This document shows positions 52,123 through 62,891 of a stretch of DNA of 64,000 nt, piece by piece. Origin of the DNA: a phage; sequence record PZ154897.1; one strand, written 5' to 3'. The position numbers and the translations under genes are program-made. How positions within the stretch are numbered: the stretch's first letter is position 1; each line of letters opens with the position of its first letter. A model generated the notes under the pieces. The model saw nothing but the letters and a program-made list of their open reading frames with translations, had not been told where the DNA came from and made no database searches.

Positions 52123-52593
52123 CTAGCGATAAAAACCAAAATGACGATTAGCTTCAGCAATCTTTCTTTCTTCTTCGGACATTCTCCAGCGTAGTCCAAC
52201 ATCAAAATGAGCCCAGACCATCCTAACAAATGCATTTATATCTTTAATATCTTCAATAATGAATGTTTTACTTTTAAAAGGCTGACTCGCTAATTTAACT
52301 TTATCATCTTCAAACAGGTCAAAAAGACCATATTCATGAGCTCTTTTATAGCCTTTAATAGTTAAAGCTTCAGAAGAAGAAAACGGTGAATCAGTATTCT
52401 GCAAAATATCTTCAGTATGCTTTATAATTAGAATAATATTTTCTGGATATTTTCTTTCCTTTATATCTTTAATTAAAATATCCGGATTTTCTGCTAAAGG
52501 AATAATTAACGAGCAATTTTTATCAAGTGTATTTACCGATTTACCTTCTTTAGACATAAATTCTATTGAATAATGTTTTGCTACTTCAATCAT
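52123..52593 (-). CDS. hypothetical protein (156 aa)
   Basis: ORF in array. Confidence 0.45.
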   Translation of the reverse strand: MIEVAKHYSIEFMSKEGKSVNTLDKNCSLIIPLAENPDILIKDIKERKYPENIILIIKHTEDILQNTDSPFSSSEALTIKGYKRAHEYGLFDLFEDDKVKLASQPFKSKTFIIEDIKDINAFVRMVWAHFDVGLRWRMSEEERKIAEANRHFGFYR

Positions 52594-52738
52594 GGGATTT
52601 CCTTTTGCCTACTAATGGACCATCAGGAATTTTGTTTTCCTGGATATATTTCTCATTTTCTTCCATCATTTTACTACCGATTTTAAGAAGCAAATCCAGT
52701 GCTTCATTTGCTTTAGCTTTAGCCTCTTCCAGCGTCAT
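52586..52738 (-). CDS. hypothetical small protein (50 aa)
   Basis: short ORF filling gap, overlapping stop/start. Confidence 0.3.
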   Translation of the reverse strand: MTLEEAKAKANEALDLLLKIGSKMMEENEKYIQENKIPDGPLVGKRKSHD

Positions 52739-52746
52739 ATCTTTGT

Positions 52747-52950
52747 TCACGATTTATCCCCATAGATGTCTCTCATCAATTTAAGCGCTGAGCGTTCTAA
52801 TTTCTTTTCTTTCTCAGCACTAATCATTGATTTCATCCATTCTTCCGATTCGTTCTGCATTTCTTTATTTGCTTGTTCAACCCAACCATCGTCAATATAC
52901 ATTGAGTTTGGTCTATTGAACCATTCAAGCATTTTCTTCAGAACTTTCAT
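52747..52950 (-). CDS. hypothetical protein (67 aa)
   Basis: ORF in array. Confidence 0.4.
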   Translation of the reverse strand: MKVLKKMLEWFNRPNSMYIDDGWVEQANKEMQNESEEWMKSMISAEKEKKLERSALKLMRDIYGDKS

Positions 52951-53422
52951 TTGTTTTACCTAAAACAATAGTAGGAGCATCGTCAAATTCATGAATTTTT
53001 AGCAATTTTGGATTTAAATTATTCCATACATAATAAATAAAGTATGATAAAGCATCTTCACTCGCAATTATAAATTTATTTCCTTCATTTATTTTCCAGT
53101 CATATACTGAATCGTACGAATAAAAAGATAAAGGATTACCATTATATTGTTCTGCGCTAACATTAATGTATTCGGATTTAGTAAATGCTTCAATTGCTCT
53201 AAACGGACTATTTGGCACAGTTTCAATAATTCCGATCTTTTTAAGTTTTATTTCAGCATCTTCTGGAACTGGCATTGAAACGAAATTTTCTACGAGATAC
53301 ATAGGGTTACGATAACCCTTATCAATCATTACGGCTACAGTAATTGGAACATCTTTAGCAAACGACATGCTATTACTGCTAATATACATTTCAAACAAAA
53401 TCGCTTCCATAATTTTCCTCAA
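52925..53422 (-). CDS. hypothetical protein (165 aa)
   Basis: ORF in array. Confidence 0.45.
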   Translation of the reverse strand: MRKIMEAILFEMYISSNSMSFAKDVPITVAVMIDKGYRNPMYLVENFVSMPVPEDAEIKLKKIGIIETVPNSPFRAIEAFTKSEYINVSAEQYNGNPLSFYSYDSVYDWKINEGNKFIIASEDALSYFIYYVWNNLNPKLLKIHEFDDAPTIVLGKTNESSEENA

Positions 53423-53751
53423 TCACAAGATGTAGATGAACAGCTAGAATCACAAGAACTTCCGCATGAATCACCTGCCCATACATGAACAGGGACATTT
53501 GTATCATATGAATCAGAACTAGACTGTGTGTTAGATGATGTAGTAGGTGTTGACCAGCGCCAAGGATTTTTATAATATTCTTGGGCTTCTTCATAAGTCA
53601 TAGTAACTGCTTCTACTGTTCCATCTCCCATATAAACATACTCAACTACAGTTAAAGGAAGGTAGTCATTTGAAATAGGAACTACACCTTCTCCAGGAGT
53701 CGTAGAGAAAAAATCCGTAAAGAAACTTTTAAACCAATTAAAGATAAACAT
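53419..53751 (-). CDS. hypothetical protein with Ser/Cys-rich C-terminal tail (110 aa)
   Basis: C-terminus [15 protein letters not shown]. Confidence 0.45.
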   Translation of the reverse strand: MFIFNWFKSFFTDFFSTTPGEGVVPISNDYLPLTVVEYVYMGDGTVEAVTMTYEEAQEYYKNPWRWSTPTTSSNTQSSSDSYDTNVPVHVWAGDSCGSSCDSSCSSTSCD

Positions 53752-53963
53752 TACAAAAAGCCTCTTTGAAATTCGACTCTTTGAAATCCACCCCAGTCAG
53801 TATATCGCATTTCAGCATTGAACTCGACTGAACCATCTGCATGCATCATGAATGAATGCGTGACGACATCACAATCCCAGCTTTTCATACCCCATTTATC
53901 AGAGATAGCTTTATCAAGAACCTTCTGAAGGTCTTCATTTGGTTTAATCCAACGATTTAACAT
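53751..53963 (-). CDS. hypothetical protein (70 aa)
   Basis: ORF downstream of early promoter. Confidence 0.45.
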   Translation of the reverse strand: MLNRWIKPNEDLQKVLDKAISDKWGMKSWDCDVVTHSFMMHADGSVEFNAEMRYTDWGGFQRVEFQRGFL

Positions 53964-53987
53964 AGTGCTCTCCTCTATAAGATAATT

Positions 53988-54020
53988 CTATTATACCATA
54001 CTCATTTTGGAAAGTAAACC
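53988..54020 (-). promoter_or_regulatory. T4-type early promoter
   Basis: revcomp of 54013-54018 is GTTTAC; -10 TGGTATAA. Confidence 0.55.
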
Positions 54021-54033
54021 ATAAAATGAAAAA

Positions 54034-54056
54034 AGGACTCCCGAAGGAGTCCTTGA
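54034..54056 (-). terminator. rho-independent terminator after soc (identical hairpin to 1416-1438)
   Basis: GGACUCC-UUCG-GGAGUCC then UUUUUUCAUUUU on minus-strand RNA. Confidence 0.7.
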
Positions 54057-54060
54057 ATTA

Positions 54061-54297
54061 TTAACCACCTATTGCTGTAGGCGTAAACATTGCAGCATTC
54101 TTAGTTTTCCAGTCAGCTGCATCAGAAACTACAGTAGAATATGCCGCCTTTTCAGAAGGAAAGGTCTGATAATGAGAATCTGCAATACGATGCTCGTTAG
54201 AATAAATTTCAAACGGAACAGAAACTTCCATACCTTTAACTTCTTTGCCTTCACCCGCTGGATGAGTAAAGGTCTTGATGTTAACGAAACCACCCAT
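54061..54297 (-). CDS. soc: small outer capsid protein Soc (78 aa)
   Basis: ...HYQTFPSEKAAYSTV... matches T4 Soc; late promoter upstream. Confidence 0.85.
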   Translation of the reverse strand: MGGFVNIKTFTHPAGEGKEVKGMEVSVPFEIYSNEHRIADSHYQTFPSEKAAYSTVVSDAADWKTKNAAMFTPTAIGG

Positions 54298-54328
54298 AAT
54301 AAACTCCTTTATTGTTTAATTACAGATG

Positions 54329-54336
54329 TATTTATA
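54329..54336 (-). promoter_or_regulatory. late promoter TATAAATA for soc
   Basis: exact TATAAATA on minus strand about 32 nt upstream of soc ATG. Confidence 0.75.
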
Positions 54337-54506
54337 TCAATCTTCAATGAAAACTTGTGCCAGGAATTCATGCTCATCTTGAATTTGTTTATATAAAGCC
54401 ATTACAGCATTTATGTTAGAGCTATCTACTTTAAGTTGATAAGCATACCACTCATATAAATTAATTAAAGCTTTTTGACGTCTAATAAATTCTTCTTTGG
54501 ATATTT

Positions 54507-54707
54507 TCATTTTGAATGCTCTATAATTAATTTTAAGGCTTCTTCACTTACAAAAATTTCGTCAGGGCTTTCTTCTGCAACCCAATCAACCATACGAAGC
54601 TGATTAGATAAGAGCTCATATGTGAGCTCCTTGTCATAATCTTTAAATAGCTGGTCAATACGTTTCTTGTGGGCTTTCTTAAGTTGACGTTTATTTAAAC
54701 GAGCCAT
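54507..54707 (-). CDS. hypothetical basic protein (66 aa)
   Basis: ORF between soc and gene 56. Confidence 0.4.
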   Translation of the reverse strand: MARLNKRQLKKAHKKRIDQLFKDYDKELTYELLSNQLRMVDWVAEESPDEIFVSEEALKLIIEHSK

Positions 54708-55225
54708 TAATAACCTCGGTCTTGACGAGCGAAATTTTCAGCATTTTTCAGATAATAAAGTTTAAAGATTTCTTCAGCTGACATTCCAAGAGCAATGAAT
54801 TTATTCATGAAAAAGTGAAATTGATCAATCAGTTCAAATTTAATTTCAAGTTGATCTTCAGGAGATAAATCTTGAATTTTCTTGGATTGCATTTCAGAAT
54901 AACGTTTCTTCCAAGGTTTCCATACAGCAGAAGCTTCTTTTTCACCATTACTCATACCACCAAGAGAAGTATATAACTCGCGAGTTTCGTCTGCGATATA
55001 ATCGTCTTGGTTTCGCAGCCAAGCAAGAACTTCTCCTGCAGTTTCAAGTGAATCGGGATGACGATTTGTTTCTGGTTTATCATTAGCCAAACGAATCTGT
55101 AAATGCCGCTGCATGTCAAGCATAACCTGCAATGGGTCAATACTGTGCATAATATACTCAGCATATGCACGATTTGCTTTATCAACACCTTCGATCAAAT
55201 GAGCACATTCATTAAAGTGAGCCAT
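54707..55225 (-). CDS. 56: dCTP pyrophosphatase gp56 (171 aa from ATG 55225)
   Basis: MazG-like all-alpha NTP pyrophosphatase; size matches T4 gp56. Confidence 0.8.
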   Translation of the reverse strand: MAHFNECAHLIEGVDKANRAYAEYIMHSIDPLQVMLDMQRHLQIRLANDKPETNRHPDSLETAGEVLAWLRNQDDYIADETRELYTSLGGMSNGEKEASAVWKPWKKRYSEMQSKKIQDLSPEDQLEIKFELIDQFHFFMNKFIALGMSAEEIFKLYYLKNAENFARQDRGY

Positions 55226-55285
55226 TAGTTTTCCTTTCAATTCATTAATAAGTTAAATAATTATATCATTTGAGTATGTAAGCAA

Positions 55286-56077
<792 letters not shown>

Positions 56078-56134
56078 TCATTTATTGCAGCAAAAACGAA
56101 TTGTGATAAATATTATTTTTAAGGAGGACAGCGC

Positions 56135-56335
56135 ATGGTACAAAAATTAATGGCACTTGTTAATGCCATCAAAGGTAATAAAAAACGTATAGCTTTTACT
56201 ATTTCTGCTATGATAGGAATTTTACTTTGGAATTTTGTTTTATCGCCAGTTGCTATTGCTCATGGCGTTAGTATTCCAGTAATTACTCTTGATACATTCG
56301 TAGATTTAGCATTTGCTTTGGTTGGGTTAATTTAA
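56135..56335 (+). CDS. small membrane protein (66 aa) on opposite strand
   Basis: AAGGAGG SD 7 nt before ATG; two hydrophobic segments; intergenic between dam and 61. Confidence 0.45.
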   Translation: MVQKLMALVNAIKGNKKRIAFTISAMIGILLWNFVLSPVAIAHGVSIPVITLDTFVDLAFALVGLI

Positions 56336-57360
56336 ATCTTAGCATATTTAGATAGCCGCATTTTAGCCATCAGCCCCTGCGCAATATTATTTTTCATATA
56401 TTCCATAATTTGTTCAGGGGTTGCACCTTCCTTTCTAATCATATCATTGACATCTTTTGATTTCCAGGGAGATTTATCCCAAAACATAACCCTTTCTCCT
56501 GCATCAACTAATTTAGTCATTCGTTTAATAGTGTCAGGGTGACGAGGTTCATTATCTAAAACCCATACACGTCTATCTTTAAATGGAACAATTTCTAGGT
56601 CTAATTGACCACCAGTAATAGCTATACCATTTTCAATAAAAAGTGAATCTATAGGTCCTTCTAGAACATATACATCACCATCTTTAACCCGTTCGACACC
56701 ATAGATTTTTGTTGCCTCAGGATAAGCTTTGATGGTGATATATTTTTGAGGAGCATCTTTCTTTAATGCGCGTCCTTGAAAAGACTCAGCTTTTCCATTA
56801 GCATTATAAATTGGAATAACAAGACGAGGCTCAGGTATTTCCTTTTTATATGTTCCTGGCGCTATACTATTAACTAATTTAGGCCATTCGGTTGTAAACC
56901 AAAGATATTTCCATTTATCCTTTGGAATACAGCGAGCTTTTACATATTTTATAATTGGATGGCCTTCCGCCAGTTTATCTAATCTAACACATGACGGAAG
57001 AGATTTAATTATTTTCTTCTCAGGTTGTTTAGGAAGTTCTTTAGGTTTTTCTACTGGACGACTTTTACCTTTTTCTTTTCTTATTTCAAAGATATACTCA
57101 CGATATAAATCAGGTTCAAACTCCTTTAGATATATTCCGATTGGTGCATGATAGTTACAGTTATAACAATGAATATTTCCTTCATTATTATCACCATAAT
57201 ACCATCCACGGGCTTTATTTTGGTCGGTTTTTGAATCTCCACAAACAGGACATCTAAACCGCAATTTAAAAGTTGAACTATTATTTACTTGTGTGAATTT
57301 AGGTAAATGAGCTAATGCACGGTATGCAAACTCATTATCAATCCAAGGTATTGATGACAT
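56332..57360 (-). CDS. 61: DNA primase gp61 (342 aa)
   Basis: zinc motif CPVCGDS...CYNC and Toprim region; same length as T4 gp61. Confidence 0.9.
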   Translation of the reverse strand: MSSIPWIDNEFAYRALAHLPKFTQVNNSSTFKLRFRCPVCGDSKTDQNKARGWYYGDNNEGNIHCYNCNYHAPIGIYLKEFEPDLYREYIFEIRKEKGKSRPVEKPKELPKQPEKKIIKSLPSCVRLDKLAEGHPIIKYVKARCIPKDKWKYLWFTTEWPKLVNSIAPGTYKKEIPEPRLVIPIYNANGKAESFQGRALKKDAPQKYITIKAYPEATKIYGVERVKDGDVYVLEGPIDSLFIENGIAITGGQLDLEIVPFKDRRVWVLDNEPRHPDTIKRMTKLVDAGERVMFWDKSPWKSKDVNDMIRKEGATPEQIMEYMKNNIAQGLMAKMRLSKYAKI

Positions 57361-57362
57361 TT

Positions 57363-57527
57363 TTACTCTTCTTTTTCTTTAGATTCCTCTTTTTTCTTTT
57401 TAGGAATCTGTTCAGGGCCTTTATTTACTACAGCGCCTGATGTTGTTCCAGTAGAGATATTTTCAGGACTACCACCTGAATCTCCAGCGACCATATCTTC
57501 TTTGATAAATTCTTTATATGTTTTCAT
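57363..57527 (-). CDS. hypothetical small protein (54 aa)
   Basis: AGAGG SD, stop adjacent to gene 61 start. Confidence 0.35.
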   Translation of the reverse strand: MKTYKEFIKEDMVAGDSGGSPENISTGTTSGAVVNKGPEQIPKKKKEESKEKEE

Positions 57528-57528
57528 A

Positions 57529-58155
57529 TTAACCTCTATTCATAAAAGCATTAAAAATTTGGTCATCAATAGAAACATTTACTTTAGACTGTTTTTCTGA
57601 TGGTAATTCATATCCACATATTACAATTTTGTGATCAATATCAAAATACACAGAAGCAATATGATTAATGATGTTTTCAGTAAAGTCTAAATCAACATCA
57701 ATATCTTTTTGACCAAAGCCCAAAGGATAAATAATGCGAGTAATTCGATTATCTTTAACAAAGATTCCACCGACATACTCTGTACTGCGTTTAAAGTCTA
57801 CACGCCGACGAAATGAAAAATATTCAGGCTCTTTATGAGCTCGGCTCATAGGGCACAACGAATAACTAGAATAAGAGATGTCAAATCCTACGCCTTCAAT
57901 ATGAACTAAATTGTCATGATTAAACCAATTATAATCATATGCCAAGTCCATTAGATTGTCATATGTGAAAGGCACCGGATTAACATCATTGGTCACAAGC
58001 ATATAATTAGCAACTGCTATAATTTCATTATTTTTAACGAATACAAACCGTGGCTGATGCGAATGGCCTGGACCTGCGTTTTCACGATTAATGATATAAC
58101 ACTGGGCACCTTTATATTTGTACGTGTCTTTACACTTGTGCATTTGATAAAGCAT
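57529..58155 (-). CDS. hypothetical protein (208 aa)
   Basis: ORF in array. Confidence 0.45.
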   Translation of the reverse strand: MLYQMHKCKDTYKYKGAQCYIINRENAGPGHSHQPRFVFVKNNEIIAVANYMLVTNDVNPVPFTYDNLMDLAYDYNWFNHDNLVHIEGVGFDISYSSYSLCPMSRAHKEPEYFSFRRRVDFKRSTEYVGGIFVKDNRITRIIYPLGFGQKDIDVDLDFTENIINHIASVYFDIDHKIVICGYELPSEKQSKVNVSIDDQIFNAFMNRG

Positions 58156-58448
58156 TATTCACCTACCACTTCAGCGATGATATTTTTATTATTAAAGTTT
58201 TTATCGCAATACAGAACATAATTATACTGCATTACACCACCAGACTTAAGTTGTTTTTGCACTTCAGCTTTCATTTCAGGACGATCACGCTCAACGATAT
58301 TCATAATATCTGCTTCAATTTGAGTTTCAACCTCAGTCTGATCCGCAGTCATAGACCATTCGCACAAATCTTTATCATAACCTGCCATAGCAGGCTGAGC
58401 AGCACAAGAAGCTAAAGCAAAAATTGCAGCAAAAACAAATTTTTTCAT
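58155..58448 (-). CDS. putative secreted protein (97 aa from ATG 58448)
   Basis: signal peptide MKKFVFAAIFALASCAAQPAMA; GAGGAG SD. Confidence 0.45.
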   Translation of the reverse strand: MKKFVFAAIFALASCAAQPAMAGYDKDLCEWSMTADQTEVETQIEADIMNIVERDRPEMKAEVQKQLKSGGVMQYNYVLYCDKNFNNKNIIAEVVGE

Positions 58449-58509
58449 GATTAATCTCCTCAGTAGTTTATGTTTATATAGTATCTCAATTTCCAATAAA
58501 AGTAAACAG

Positions 58510-58809
58510 TTATTTTAAAACTTTTGCGTAATCACATGTTACAAACTGTTTCTCTAGCTTAACGATCTTACGAAAATACCTTTTACACTGACGAATCTGC
58601 CGCTTCGTAGGGCGAACAGCAAACTTAATAAATTCCACTCGACCAAATGGAGGACTTTCTTCTGCTGGAATATCTAGCACCAATTCCCACGTATCTGCAA
58701 TAAGTGCTTTGAATTGAGTATTTTTCCTGACGTTATACGGAGTAGGTTTAAATAAAACAATATGCATATTATCCTCGGCAATCCACTTCACATACTTTCT
58801 TGTCATCAA
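58510..58809 (-). CDS. hypothetical protein (99 aa)
   Basis: ORF in array. Confidence 0.4.
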   Translation of the reverse strand: MMTRKYVKWIAEDNMHIVLFKPTPYNVRKNTQFKALIADTWELVLDIPAEESPPFGRVEFIKFAVRPTKRQIRQCKRYFRKIVKLEKQFVTCDYAKVLK

Positions 58810-58951
58810 TGAAAGCTTTAACTAATGCTTTATTAACTTCAGCATATTGAGTAGTAGCCCATTGAACGTCATCTTTCATCATTGTGATTTCTTTAGTAAA
58901 CATGCTTTCATTCTTAAACCACCCCATAAAAACTACCTTTACCAATTCCAT
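58769..58951 (-). CDS. hypothetical protein (60 aa)
   Basis: ORF downstream of early promoter. Confidence 0.35.
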   Translation of the reverse strand: MELVKVVFMGWFKNESMFTKEITMMKDDVQWATTQYAEVNKALVKAFIDDKKVCEVDCRG

Positions 58952-58979
58952 AACGATCTCCTCATTTAACCAACAAGAC

Positions 58980-59012
58980 TACTATACCATAGTCTTGTCA
59001 GCTTGTAAACTA
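58980..59012 (-). promoter_or_regulatory. T4-type early promoter
   Basis: revcomp of 59005-59010 is GTTTAC; -10 TGGTATAGT. Confidence 0.55.
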
Positions 59013-60437
59013 AAATTTTAATTCATTTGCCAAAGCATCTAACTGGGCTCGAGTAGATTCATTTCTTTGATAGCGATTCTGTTCAGCCTGAATCTGTTGT
59101 GAACCTGCTACTTCGTTCACTTCAGTTGGAGTAGAATCTTGTTCAATTTCTACCCATTTCTGATTTCCTTTTTGAACACCCATCAAAAACTTATTCCATT
59201 TATTCTTATCACCATATCGTGATTTGATTTGCTTAATGAGTTGTTGTTCAGCAGCTGCTAGCTCCTCGGTTTCAATGACCGCAAGCATAAAATCAGCTGT
59301 TGCTGGAAGACCGGCAGATTCTGCGATATCACTCATGTTAACATCAGAAGAATCCCAAGCTTGTTTACCAACCTGTGCTGCAGTCCAAAGAACAGTTTCG
59401 GTTTCAACAGCCAGAGCACGCAATTCTTCTGCAATAGCTTTAACAGTTGTGTAACTATTTTCTGAATAAACTCTAATGCGGCAAGATTTACAAATACCTA
59501 GATAGTCGACAATAATGATTGTTGGAACAAAATTCTTCTTGAGCTTCAATTCATTCAAGAGAGACCTGAATGTGTTAGCATCTGCTCCACCAGTAGGATA
59601 CTGTTTAACGATTAAACGACCAAGAGTAGATTTCTCACGCCATTTTTCCATTTTTCCTTTATATTCAGCGTAAGAAATATGCCCATCATCAATGTCATCA
59701 AGAGAAACATCGAGCATATTAGCGTCAATACGTTTAGCACAGACTTCTTCAGCCATTTCCATGGAAATGTAAAGAACATTATGTCCGAGCTGCAAATAAT
59801 CTGCTGCCAATGAACACAGACCTAATGACTTACCGACGTTAACACCAGCCATTAAAACGTTCAGTGTTCCAGTTTCAGCTCCGCCTTTAGTAATTTTATT
59901 TAGAATTTTGAGTTTAAATGGAACCTTACGAGCTTTATTCATATAAGATAGCCAACGTGCTTCATAGTCATCCATCCAATCATGACCAACGTAGCTATCA
60001 AATGAAATTGATAATGCTTGGCGCATGATGTCAGGAATAGCACCAACATCCGGCATTTTCTTATTTCGTTTTTCCGGAGGAAGCTCAGCATTAGTTTGAA
60101 TTTCGATTATTTTAGACGTAGCATTAAACATCGCCTTTTGCTGAACATATTTTTCTGTTTCTTTTACTAACCAGCTGTGGTCTTCCGGAGAATCAGCCAG
60201 TTTTGAAATAAGTGTTTTTACACCAGAATATTCTGTTTCAGTAAATGAACTATTTTCTAATGCAACATTTAACGCATTAATAGATGGAACGCTATGATAC
60301 TCATTGACATGAGATTTAATTAATTTGAATGTATTTTTAGCTGGACCACTTTCAAAATATTCTGAATCCATATATGGCCAAACTTTTGAAAAATAAGCTT
60401 GATCAAATATGAGATGAGAAAGAATAATTTCTACCAC
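59010..60437 (-). CDS. 41: replicative DNA helicase gp41 (475 aa, GTG start)
   Basis: MVEIILSHLIFDQAYFSKVWPYMD...; Walker A GVNVGKS; AAGGAG SD before GTG. Confidence 0.97.
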   Translation of the reverse strand: MVEIILSHLIFDQAYFSKVWPYMDSEYFESGPAKNTFKLIKSHVNEYHSVPSINALNVALENSSFTETEYSGVKTLISKLADSPEDHSWLVKETEKYVQQKAMFNATSKIIEIQTNAELPPEKRNKKMPDVGAIPDIMRQALSISFDSYVGHDWMDDYEARWLSYMNKARKVPFKLKILNKITKGGAETGTLNVLMAGVNVGKSLGLCSLAADYLQLGHNVLYISMEMAEEVCAKRIDANMLDVSLDDIDDGHISYAEYKGKMEKWREKSTLGRLIVKQYPTGGADANTFRSLLNELKLKKNFVPTIIIVDYLGICKSCRIRVYSENSYTTVKAIAEELRALAVETETVLWTAAQVGKQAWDSSDVNMSDIAESAGLPATADFMLAVIETEELAAAEQQLIKQIKSRYGDKNKWNKFLMGVQKGNQKWVEIEQDSTPTEVNEVAGSQQIQAEQNRYQRNESTRAQLDALANELKF

Positions 60438-60446
60438 ACTTACTCC

Positions 60447-60809
60447 TTAAAAGAATTTAAATTTTTTCTTTGACCTTTTATTAAATGCATCTTGTAGTTG
60501 CATTGTAATACATTTTTCTACATGAGGAGCTAACTCAGCTTTTCTTTCTTGGTCAAGAACAGCAAAGTCCATTACAACCTTTCCATCAACCCAATCCAGT
60601 TTAGTTACATACACTATATGTGTAGAACCATCTTCTAGTTTAATGACAATCTCCTGGATAACATTTTCCATGGCAGATTTAATTATCTTAAGAGATTCAT
60701 TAAAAAGACGTTCTTTTCTTTCTTCTTCCCCCTCCGAAGAGGGGGATTCATCGATAATTTCTAGATCTAAATCTAAATCATCTTTATTCATTAAATTCTT
60801 CCATATCAC
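60447..60809 (-). CDS. hypothetical acidic protein (120 aa; gene 40 position)
   Basis: position between uvsX and 41; start uncertain. Confidence 0.4.
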   Translation of the reverse strand: MIWKNLMNKDDLDLDLEIIDESPSSEGEEERKERLFNESLKIIKSAMENVIQEIVIKLEDGSTHIVYVTKLDWVDGKVVMDFAVLDQERKAELAPHVEKCITMQLQDAFNKRSKKKFKFF

Positions 60810-61965
60810 TTAACTGATCTAGGTCAGTTTCTAAATCAGCTGCTGATTTGTTTTTACTTTCTGGAGATTTAAATTTTTCAACCTTTGAGTTAATCAATTC
60901 ATCAACTTCAGCTTCAACAATTTCATTACTATCAATAGCACCTAACTGATAAGCACGTTTAATAGCATCTCGGAATGGCTGATGCTTAAATAAAGGACCC
61001 CAGAATGTAGTGCAGTTGGTATCTTTTGCACGCCAAGATTTTTCTTCGCGAATCATCTCGCCTGTTTCTTCGTCAAGAAATTCACGAGCATACCAGCCAT
61101 TTTTAGGTTTTACTACAAATCCTAATTCAAGAGCCATATCTAACAATCCAGAATAAGGATCGATACCACCGTCAAATTTAACATCAATAAAGAATTTACT
61201 TTTTTCTTTAACAGTACGAGATTTTTCTACATTTAGAACAAATTGATACCCCTGAAGATCAGAACCATCTTTAATCTGGCGCTTACCGATAATGAATACA
61301 GTATCAGCCGAATACATTACGCCTGTACCACCTGTCATCACGGTTTTACTAAACATTTCAATTGTTTCAATTGTATGGTTAACCGCAACACATGGAATAT
61401 TTTTAATGCTAAAATAAGGAGTAACAATACGGAATAATGACTTCAGTGATTTAGCACGAGTCATATCTGCCACAGATTTTTCATTCAAGGCATCTTCCGT
61501 TTCTTTCTTAGAAGCCATATTACCGATTGAGTCGATGAATACAATAACTTTTTCACCGCGCTCAATAGCTTCAAGCTGATTCACCATATCAATTTTCAGC
61601 TGTTCAACTGACTGGATTGGCGTATGAATTACTCGTTCCGGGTCAACCCCCATGGATCGCAAATAAGCTGGAGTAATACCAAATTCACTATCATAGAATA
61701 GACAAACCGCGTCAGGATATTTGTTCAAATATGCCGCAACCATAGTCAAAGACATATTTGATTTAAAGTGTTTAGAAGGCCCTGCGAAAATAGTTAAACC
61801 AGACTGCATACCGCCATCAATCGCACCAGAAATAGCAATATTGAGCATTGGAATTTTTGTACGGATTACATCCTTTTCATTAAAGAATTTAGATGTAGTC
61901 AGTTCAGCAGTCATTTTAGAAGTGGAAGCTTTAATCAAACGGGATTTTAAATCTGCAATAGACAT
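60784..61965 (-). CDS. uvsX: UvsX recombinase, RecA-like (393 aa)
   Basis: MSIADLKSRLIKASTSK...; Walker A GPSKHFKS. Confidence 0.97.
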   Translation of the reverse strand: MSIADLKSRLIKASTSKMTAELTTSKFFNEKDVIRTKIPMLNIAISGAIDGGMQSGLTIFAGPSKHFKSNMSLTMVAAYLNKYPDAVCLFYDSEFGITPAYLRSMGVDPERVIHTPIQSVEQLKIDMVNQLEAIERGEKVIVFIDSIGNMASKKETEDALNEKSVADMTRAKSLKSLFRIVTPYFSIKNIPCVAVNHTIETIEMFSKTVMTGGTGVMYSADTVFIIGKRQIKDGSDLQGYQFVLNVEKSRTVKEKSKFFIDVKFDGGIDPYSGLLDMALELGFVVKPKNGWYAREFLDEETGEMIREEKSWRAKDTNCTTFWGPLFKHQPFRDAIKRAYQLGAIDSNEIVEAEVDELINSKVEKFKSPESKNKSAADLETDLDQLSDMEEFNE

Positions 61966-62042
61966 TCATTTTTTCCATAGGCATCATTATATTTTCCTCA
62001 CTGGTTAAAGATAGAGTAATTATAACACAATAAATTTAGGCA

Positions 62043-62891
62043 TTAATCAACCGCTATTGGATGAATAGCATTAAACTTATGAAACGCTTCTGATTTTTCT
62101 TTGCGCGAAACACACATGCGAAGAACCTTTAATGGCTCGTCTTCTTCACCCAACGATTTTCGTTTTTCAATATTAGAAGTTTTCCAACGAGCTTGCTCTG
62201 GAAACTCTTTATTGATTTGCTCAAGAGCTCTATTATGTTTTGAATTACTACGAATTGAGCTGCATCCACCGGGAGCCTGCGCTTTTCCAGATACAACCAA
62301 ATATTTGAACAAGGCCAAATGCGGATAACCTTGATTAATTAAATTGAGAAATGCATACATATCTTCGCATAAATCAATTTTTCCATACCCAATTTGTTCT
62401 GTTGTAAGTTTTCCAAGGTCATACCATGTATTCGTGAATCCATATGAATTTTCACGGTAATTACCCCAAGATGAAGTAATTTTAAAAATAGGTAGACGAG
62501 CATGGCCATGATAATACCCGCAATCCATGGCATCTTCAACGTATTGAATCAATTCATAGAACTGCTCACGGGTTAACTGATTAATTTTATCTACGCAGCG
62601 ACGATCATCTTTCTTTCGCATTGAACTCATACGAATAGTAGTATCATCATCAATCATCCAAATTCGTTGACCTGCATACATATCAGTAATCGCTTTACGA
62701 GTACCAGCAATTCCATTGACATCATCAGGAATAGTTATAATTTTAGCTCTAGACCCATAGGCATCATAATAAGCTTTTTCTTCATGTTCACGCACTACAA
62801 TATGGGGTTCATAATCAGTCGGAAACATATCAAGGGCAGAAACTGCCCCTACACGTTGATAACTTGGAATTACAAATTGAATCATTTCCAC
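62043..62891 (-). CDS. putative glycosyltransferase (282 aa), GT-A-like, at the beta-gt locus
   Basis: hydrophobic stretch then DDD (IWMIDDDTTI) typical of a DxD motif; does not resemble T4 beta-gt as I recall it. Confidence 0.5.
   Translation of the reverse strand: MEMIQFVIPSYQRVGAVSALDMFPTDYEPHIVVREHEEKAYYDAYGSRAKIITIPDDVNGIAGTRKAITDMYAGQRIWMIDDDTTIRMSSMRKKDDRRCVDKINQLTREQFYELIQYVEDAMDCGYYHGHARLPIFKITSSWGNYRENSYGFTNTWYDLGKLTTEQIGYGKIDLCEDMYAFLNLINQGYPHLALFKYLVVSGKAQAPGGCSSIRSNSKHNRALEQINKEFPEQARWKTSNIEKRKSLGEEDEPLKVLRMCVSRKEKSEAFHKFNAIHPIAVD

Noticed and set aside
59451-59480. MotA-box-like motif inside gene 41 on the plus strand
   Set aside because: Imperfect, intragenic, and expected by chance in AT-rich DNA.
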